A stretch of 64,000 bases of DNA from Amoeboaphelidium protococcarum X5. Lineage: Eukaryota > Fungi > Aphelidiomycota. The stretch covers positions 45,983 through 109,982 of the forward strand of contig JALDTO010000162.1 in assembly GCA_023515725.1 (NCBI GenBank), written 5' to 3'. The translations under genes and the position numbers were made by a program. Shown here piece by piece: positions 56,798-64,000 of the stretch. Within the stretch, counting starts at the first letter, position 1, and each line of letters opens with the position of its first letter. The notes under the pieces were generated by a model. That model saw only the letters and a program-made list of their open reading frames with translations, had not been told where the DNA came from and ran no database searches.

Positions 56798-57031
56798 GCG
56801 AGTGTATAAAGCTGCGTGAGAGTGTTTTGAACTGAAAGTAGAAGGGATAGAAGGATTTATGCTATTGCTTTGAAACTCGGACATTGTGATAAATGATAAG
56901 CCCTTCTGCGTGTTTGTGATATAGACAGTTCAATAAAATTACCAAAAACTGTTTGAGTGAGACAATGCCGCTCACCACTGAATAAGCCATTACAACAAAT
57001 GTCATGACTTTAAACTCTGTTAATAATAAAT

Positions 57032-57815
57032 TCATTCTAATTACTTGATAAAGACCAATTTGAGGTGAAGTGAGCCGTACGATGTTAGTGTCTATCCATC
57101 AAATTGTGCAAATTCTTGGGCATATAAACAATTGGAGCCTTGATCTGCAGTCATTACAGCTTTATTAGACGCGTCGAATACCTCCATAGAGCCGTCTTCA
57201 TACACTACTAATTCACCCAATTTACCATCCAACTCAATTTCAGGAGGAAATTTCAAGAATAATAAAGACTCTCCACTAGATGATGCGCGTCCACCAAGGT
57301 AGTCTTGCAATGAAAAGTTATCTGATTGAGTCGTACTGTGCATATTCTCCACACATAACATTTCAGTATCAGATTGCTACTAATCACAGTCACTATCATC
57401 ATCATTATCGTACCCTTTATTTGATAATTTGACATTATTTCGTGAGGAGGTATATGATGATTATTAGTTGGAGGCAGAAGAATCTTTAAGCACCACGCGA
57501 GAAGAAGTGGTCCTTGATGCAGCAGCAGATGACCTTTTGAATCCCGTACCACTGATACCTTGCGCGAATATTCCAGATACTTGTTGTTATTGCTAGTTCT
57601 CTGCAGCCGCTCGACTCCTCTGTCGATTTTCTTGATTCCTCACTCTCGGCTAACGCGCAGGTTTCTTGTCATCTTCCACGTTTGTTTATTCCTCTCTACA
57701 CGTAAGAAGGTTGATAAAAATATTTCCAATAAAGCCATGCATATCCTTACTTTGCTTTTCTCTGCACCTTTTTGGGCTTAAACTGCCGCGTAGGTGGAGG
57801 TGGCTTATTTTCCAT
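57032..57815 (-). CDS. RPC53: RNA polymerase III subunit RPC4/Rpc53-like; one intron
   Basis: N-terminal FKPKKVQRK; C-terminal LLFLKFP...GKLGELVVYEDGSMEV...QEF, resembling the RPC4 domain. Confidence 0.68.
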
Positions 57816-58206
57816 CTGAATTGTAACTTTGATTCGTTTTTTCTTGATTAGAAAACGAGAGATCGTAAAGAGGGACGCTATTACTGTTATTTTTTATTAT
57901 ATCAATGGGACCAAGCAGACTGAAATATTTTACTAAGCGTATAAAAAAGAACTAAAAGAGCTGCTGTTACCATAAAAGAAAGTTTAGTGTATCTTTTGGA
58001 AACAATCGTTCTTCATGCACAAATGAATTCGTCAGCAAGATGCATGTTTTGTATTCGACTTGGACCGGGACAGCTCGCACGCGGTGATTCGCAGCAAACA
58101 TCGCACGCAAACATGCAATACATGTCAAAAAGATCATCAATACTTCACAAATAGGAATATTAAAAAATAATCACATGGTGGTACAGAAGATTCAAAAAAC
58201 AACTCT

Positions 58207-58279
58207 TGATCTAGACGCGACTCGAACGCGCAACCTCCCGCTTCGTAGGCGGGCTCTCTGCCAATTGAGACACTAGACC
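58207..58279 (-). tRNA. tRNA-Arg (anticodon ACG)
   Basis: GGTCTAG acceptor stem pairs with CTAGATC; anticodon arm CCCGC-CT-ACG-AA-GCGGG; T-loop GTTCGAGT; 73 nt. Confidence 0.92.
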
Positions 58280-58380
58280 TTAACGTAAATTGTTAGCACA
58301 AGCGTCAATCAAGTATCAACAACTGACTCTGTGGGGCTTAGATGATCAACATTGTTTCAAGTACGCGCCTCTCTCATCAT

Positions 58381-58771
58381 TGACGTCTCGAATAGGCAAG
58401 TATCTGCAGTATATTTGCGCGCCACTTATGAACATTGATTTCTTCCACTTAACGTGTTAATAGAGTATTTATCTTATTAACATATTTTATCTTCCTGTAC
58501 TTCTGTTGGTGTCTCTGTTTGACTCTTAATCTTTGTATATAGCTTCCCGTTTGTTCCTATTGTGTTTATAGTCTGTCCTAGAGTATCAAAATTGATACTG
58601 CTGGTACTGTTTCTGTACTAGATTATACTAAATTACTACTGATTCACTATTCCCTAAACCACTACCTGATAATGCACTTCTCACTTGCAATAATCGGCAC
58701 CCAGAGAAGATCTATGACGCACTCTGCAGCCTTGATAACGTCAACAATTGCTGCGCCACTCCATTACGTCA
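58381..58771 (-). repeat. Putative 3' LTR of the Gypsy element
   Basis: Termini TGACGT...ACGTCA; adjoining purine-rich GAGTTGAGAGG (PPT-like) on the minus strand; internal 58700-58722 recurs at 63979-64000. Confidence 0.5.
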
Positions 58772-61700
58772 CCTCTCAACTCTGCACCTAATCAAGAGTC
58801 ACCTTAAGATCTTACGCGACCGTATCAATACCACCTTGACTCTTGATCCAGCCCAGATCCTCATCCACCGCATCCAACACCTACTCAGACCAGAATTCTC
58901 TTGGCGGACTATTGATATTCACCTACGCCTTTTTCAGTCTATCACGATGCACATAGTCCTTCTTGACTTAGCCCTGAGGATCTTGAAGCTAATAGACACC
59001 AGTGAATATTTCCTTCACAACCTTGTGCGGACCGACCCACTTGGACTAGAACTTTCTGCGCTGTTCACGGCGCAGCAACACCCACTCTCCAGCCACTAGC
59101 GGATCTTCCTTAACTTGCTTATCATAACGCAGCTTAGCCTGATCAGCGGAAATACGCGAACGTTCCACTGCAGCTGCACGATCCTAATTCAAATCCTCCA
59201 GCAATCTTGCACGAATTTCTATCGCATCCTCAGCATGCTTCTCGCTCAAGACGAACGGTTTCAATGTCTCTCCAGGCAACTTGCTATCAATACCATACAA
59301 CAGCTTAAATGGCGAGCACTTGGTAGTCTCGTGGACACGACTACGCAAAACAAATAAGTCTACTTCTATAAACTCATCCCACTTATGCGTCGCCCCCTTG
59401 ACACACTTAGCCAGAATCTTCCCCAAAGACCCATTCAAATTCTCTACTTTGCCATTAGTTCTTAGATGATATGCTGACGTCTTCAGATGCTTCACCTTCA
59501 ACATCTACAAATAACGATCCAGCACTTAAGACTAGAAATTAGAACCACGATCCGTTAAAACCTCAGATGGCAAGCCATATTATACCATAATGTCCGAATA
59601 AATAAACTGAGCCACATTCTCCGCAGTAGCTTCTGCCAAAGCTTTTGCCACCGGCCAACGCGTTACATGATCAATCGCCACAATAATCCACTTATTGCCT
59701 TTCTCAGTAGGCGGTAAAGGCCCGATATAATCAATTCCCCAACGCGATAACGGAGCTAAATCAGTCTTCATCACCTACATATGCACCTTCATAGTCAAAT
59801 CATCACGCTAACGCAGCTAGCAATCCTTGCATCCTTTACAACATTCTTCAATATCTTTCTACAGTCCTGGCCACCAAAATTCACCTTTCAGTCTTGCATA
59901 AACTCCCTTCCATACTTGATGTCCCTGGCCTACATGGCACTTTTACACCAAGTCTGCACGATTCTTAAACGGCACAAACTTAAACCTTTCCTCACGTTCA
60001 ATATGGAACAGTATATTCCGATCTTACTCATATTCAAAATCATTCAACTGCTTAGCGAACCATTGCTTGGTCTCTTAAGACAGTGGTAACGTCTCGAACT
60101 TCTTGTTAATCAGCAACCCAGGCCAGTCAGACACCTCTGCCAAATGATAAAATCAATTCAAACGGCACCGACATACTCGTCTTCACCAATTGCATCTGTT
60201 ACAGGCCATCAACTTCCCCACCAGAGTCTCCACCACTTACATGGCGTGATAGCCAATCGGCAACGTGGTTGGACTCTCCACTTTTATAATTGATTACAAA
60301 GTCGTAGGTAGCCAACAACTGCATCCAACGAATCATTCTCTTCGACAAATTCGGCTGAGTGAACACATATCTCAAAGCTTGATGATCTGTGTATACCTCA
60401 AATGGAACTCCTTCCAAATAATGACGAAAGTGTACACAGCCCCAAACTATTCCAAGCATTTCACGTTCATTAGCCGCATAATTCTTTTCATGAACATTCA
60501 ACTTACGACTAGCCACTGCTACAATGACTATTTGATCAATATCATTCTTCTATTTCAACACTACTCCTAGAGCAAAGTCCGACGCGTCAGTCTCCATAAG
60601 AAAAGACTTAGACTAATCTGGAATTTGCAACTCGATAGCTTCAGCCACCATGACTTTCAACTCCTCAAATGCTATCTTCGCTTCCTCAGTCCATTGAATC
60701 ACTCTTGGCTATCCCTTAGTTAAATCCGACACCACTGAACTGACTGCACTTAATCCAGGCAAGTAATCGCGTACAAAATTAACCTGCCCAGAAAAGACAT
60801 CAGCTCCTTGTATGACTTAGGCAATTCAAAGTTACGGATATCATTAATCTTTTCAGGATCAATAGCTCTCTTTCCGGCGAACAACTTGTGTCCCAACCAA
60901 ATCACTTCCTTCTTCATGAACTCACACTTGCTAAACTTCAAATACAATTTTTTCTCACGTAGCACCTGCAACACTGCTCTAAGCTTAACGAATTGTTCTT
61001 CCACCGTCTTAGTATGCAACAGTAGATCATCAATCAGCTTCTACAAATACGTATACACCTCTGCATACGGGAAAACTTTATCTACCAATCTCTGGAACGT
61101 AGCTGACGAGTTAGCCTGTCCCATTGGCATGACCAGATATTCAAAGTTCCCTAAAGGCGTCGTAAAAGCCGTCTTGTGCACGTCTGCTTCCTCCATCAAT
61201 ACCTGATAATATCCCACAATCATGTCCATCTTGGAATACCACTATGCTCCAAATGTATTGTCTAATAATTAGTCTATTCTTGGTAGAGGATAACGATCAC
61301 GAATCGTCTCATGTTCAGCATCCGATAATCAATCACCATTCTCAGACTACCATCCTTCTTTTTCACAAACAGCACCGGAGACACGTAAGCACTACTGCCT
61401 GGCCTGATCAAACCTTATTGCAACAGCTCAGCCAATTATTCTTATAGAGCCTTCATCTCTGCTGGAGATAATCTGTACGAAGAACGGAATACAGGTACAT
61501 CATCCGACAAGTTGATCGAGTGCTTTATGTCTCTTTCGCACGGCAACCCATTCAACTTTCTGAGTAAACACGTCCTTGTAATCTCCCAACAAATCTATCA
61601 ACTACTCCTTCTGCTATCCATCCAGATCAGTCTTCACTGCATTGAAGTCAACTCCTGAATCAATAAGATCCTCCGAGTTCTTCACCAACACTAGATGCAC

Positions 61701-62593
61701 CTCATTCTCATCATTACTCATTAACTAATTCACCTCACTGACATTAGCCATCTCAATTGTCTTCACCTCGACCTACTCTTGCTATTCTAAATCCATGTTC
61801 CCCGAGGTTACTGCTAGTTCAATCCGATTATGCTCGAACATCGTAGCTCCTTGAAGACACCTTCCTTTAACATCGATTGTCGCCCTCTACCAGTCAATAG
61901 CTGGGTTATGTCTATACAACCAGCTCATTCCTAGGATCAGCTCTTCGCTGCATCCACCCAGGACAATACCATCAATATAATCAACGAGGCCAGACACCTG
62001 CAACTTCACTCCACGTGCGGTCCCATGGCATCTGGTTGCGTGCCCATCTCCTAACGTGACTTCCTCATCCGCCTTATCCATGCCTATCCCAATACCGAGT
62101 CTCTTCGCCATCTTTAATGACATAAAATTATGTGTTGCTCCACAATCCACCAAAATCTTGACCTCCTGACCATATAGTAGACCCTTTACTCTAATCAGTT
62201 GATGCTAGTGGTGTCCGTTGCTACATGCCTGATTAACCTGCATCACGTTATTTCTTCTCTTCCCCTTCTGATCAGCTTTCTTTTTAAGACACTCATGCTT
62301 ATAAGGACCATAGTCCTTGCAATAGAAACATTACTCATTCTTCTTATCCTTTCTAGCATAATCAAGCTCCATATCGTCGGAATCACGTCTCTAACCACGG
62401 TAGTCACCCCGCTTGTCAGTATTACTCCCCCATCTAGATTCGACTCTACCCTAGTGCGCGTCATCAAACGAGTGCGCCACATCGATTGCATCCTCCAACG
62501 TCAAACACTTTCTATAAGTTACTTCAGCTCTCGTTCTTGCCTTGAGACCTTCCTTGAAATAAGCTATTCTATCAGCCTCGGTCCTGTTATCTA

Positions 62594-63832
62594 CAGTCCG
62601 TTCCACTTTTTTGTCACAAACGAAAGCGAGCGATCAAATCAATCAATATAATTGTCACAATTTCGTCAAAAAATAAGATATCAATAATCAGTCGCCTGTC
62701 CTTTAGCTTTAATACACTCTTCTATACGATTTGGAAGTGATTCCATGAGCTTACGAGCGTATTATACCGTCAAACCTTCCCATACAGCAGTGAACTAATT
62801 TATGAGCTCTTCTCTGGTTTTTGGCGTAGGATACCTCTCACGACGCAATCTCTTCACATGAGCCCATGCATTTTCAATCGGGGACAGGTCAGGACTAGAT
62901 GCAGGCCATTTTCCGTCAGGTCCGAGCTCATCCTAGAGAAGCTTCACGCGCTGCGTTTTGAAGTGCTCTTACACAATTTTCGCGGTATGACAGCGTGCAT
63001 TATCTTGCTGAAAAACTGGTCTTACACCATGATCTTTTCTCAACTTGTTAATATAGGGAATTACCGCATTATCAATAGTTTTAATATAGGATTATCCATT
63101 TTGGTTGCCCTCCGGAGGAATCAAGGGTCCAAATCCATGCCAACTCATGGAGCCGAAGAACATCACTGATATACCACCCTACTGACGTTGGGGATTTATG
63201 GGAAGCTTCTTTTTAGCAAGTTTAGACGGTGCCCAAGCCATAACTTTGCCTTGCACTGGAAATTGACGTCCGGTGGACTCGTCAGATATGATCAAACGTT
63301 TGATCAAATTTGGGTCCTTCCGAAGCGCCTCTTTCATTAGCTTACACCACGCAACTCGACGACTTTAATTCACCAAAGTTATTGCGGGTTTCTTCGGACA
63401 GACTCTATTTGCTATCCCAGATGATTTGAGACGCCTATATATGCTTGTTGTGCTCGGCAGAGGCTAATCACTGCCGACTTCCTACGCAAGCTTTCCCCTC
63501 AACGATCTAATTGAAGAACGCGGACTTCTGGCTGCAGCCAACTTCGAAATAGTACTAATTCGACGTCCTCTATTCGAATTTCTAATCGTTTCTTTGAGGG
63601 AAGTCCCTAAGATGCTGCTTTGCGGCTAGAGTACTAACGGATAGAGGCTTCAGATCGGCCTACAGCGTCGGTCATTACTTTATAGCCGTAATCCTTAGCT
63701 TTAAGACGTTCTATGACCTCGATTTCACCGGGAGTCATTTTCTTTGAACGTTAATAAGCTTTAGTTAATAATACTTTTTGAGATTCTGACATGTTGTTTA
63801 ATCGCGTTGTGACAAAAAAGTGAAACGGACTG
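62594..63832 (-). mobile_element. Tc1/mariner DNA transposon nested in the Gypsy gag
   Basis: 26-bp TIRs CAGTCCGTT(C/T)CACTTTTTTGTCACAA (62594-62619 and 63807-63832), TA target duplication on both sides; 1239 bp. Confidence 0.95.
62681..63738 (-). pseudogene. Tc1-like transposase (DD42E) with one frameshift near 63600
   Basis: KKPAIT..RRVAWC, ISDES, GGISVMFFG, FQQDNARCH, WPASSPDLSPIENAW, ESLPNRI..CIKAKG..TDY-TGA; ATG-to-stop length of 1058 nt is not a multiple of 3. Confidence 0.88.
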
Positions 63833-64000
63833 TATTTGACCCTCTAGTGCTCGAAACGCCGCCACATACTTCAATACAGACCCCTTCTGCTTCAGTTCTC
63901 GCATCTTCTTCCTGACCTACTCGTCATATTACCCGATTTGAAACTTCTAACGCAGTTCTCCCGCAAACTCCCCCCCCCCCCAGAGAAGACTATGACGCAC

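Larger units (their letters stand above)
58381..64000 (-). mobile_element. Decayed Ty3/Gypsy LTR retrotransposon (gag-PR-RT-RNaseH-IN), running to the window edge
   Basis: Gag with degenerate zinc knuckle, protease VDCGATHNF, RT KTAFTT...PMG..NSSATFQR, RNase H TDASD..EREML..TDHQAL, integrase HHCC/GIDYIGPLP/TDRGSNF/NGKVE and GPF/Y-like tail ending TGA at 58799; frameshifts (e.g. ~60785). Confidence 0.93.

Noticed and set aside
58207-58279. tRNA as a TAR-decoding suppressor tRNA-Gln
   Set aside because: The anticodon is ACG (Arg); no UUA/CUA tRNA was seen in this window.
58456-58483. Hairpin TGTTAATA...TATTAACA as a tiny mobile element or the LTR boundary
   Set aside because: It has only an 8-bp AT-rich stem. 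The TGACGT...ACGTCA pair with an adjacent PPT-like tract fits an LTR better, though that boundary is itself unconfirmed.

Overview
Gene-dense eukaryotic nuclear DNA from a fungus-related (holomycotan) organism that uses a non-standard genetic code. TAA and TAG are read as Gln and TGA is the only stop, which is why the supplied standard-code ORF track is fragmented. Fungus-like proteins plus TAR=Gln point, by inference, to an aphelid such as Amoeboaphelidium protococcarum. Re-read with this code, the window holds about 35 compact genes with short introns. These include SDE2, DGAT2, NDUFA8, Elongin C, fumarate reductase-cytochrome b5, SEC27, a Bem3-like RhoGAP, RSU1, Tim54, PFD1, HIT1, a KCC-type SLC12, TSC13, DED1, RPL11, SmB, CSE1, DENR, a minimal Set1, clathrin heavy chain and RPC53. 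Also present are a tandem array of four uncharacterised small membrane proteins, a probable alpha-kinase pseudogene and a tRNA-Arg(ACG). The right end holds a decayed Ty3/Gypsy retrotransposon just upstream of the tRNA, with a Tc1-like transposon of unusual DD42E spacing nested in its gag. Two window-wide signals stand out: a nearly invariant TGTAG 3' splice site and CGCG motifs upstream of many start codons. All product calls come from manual translation and motif recognition, with no database searches. Starts and intron boundaries are inferred.
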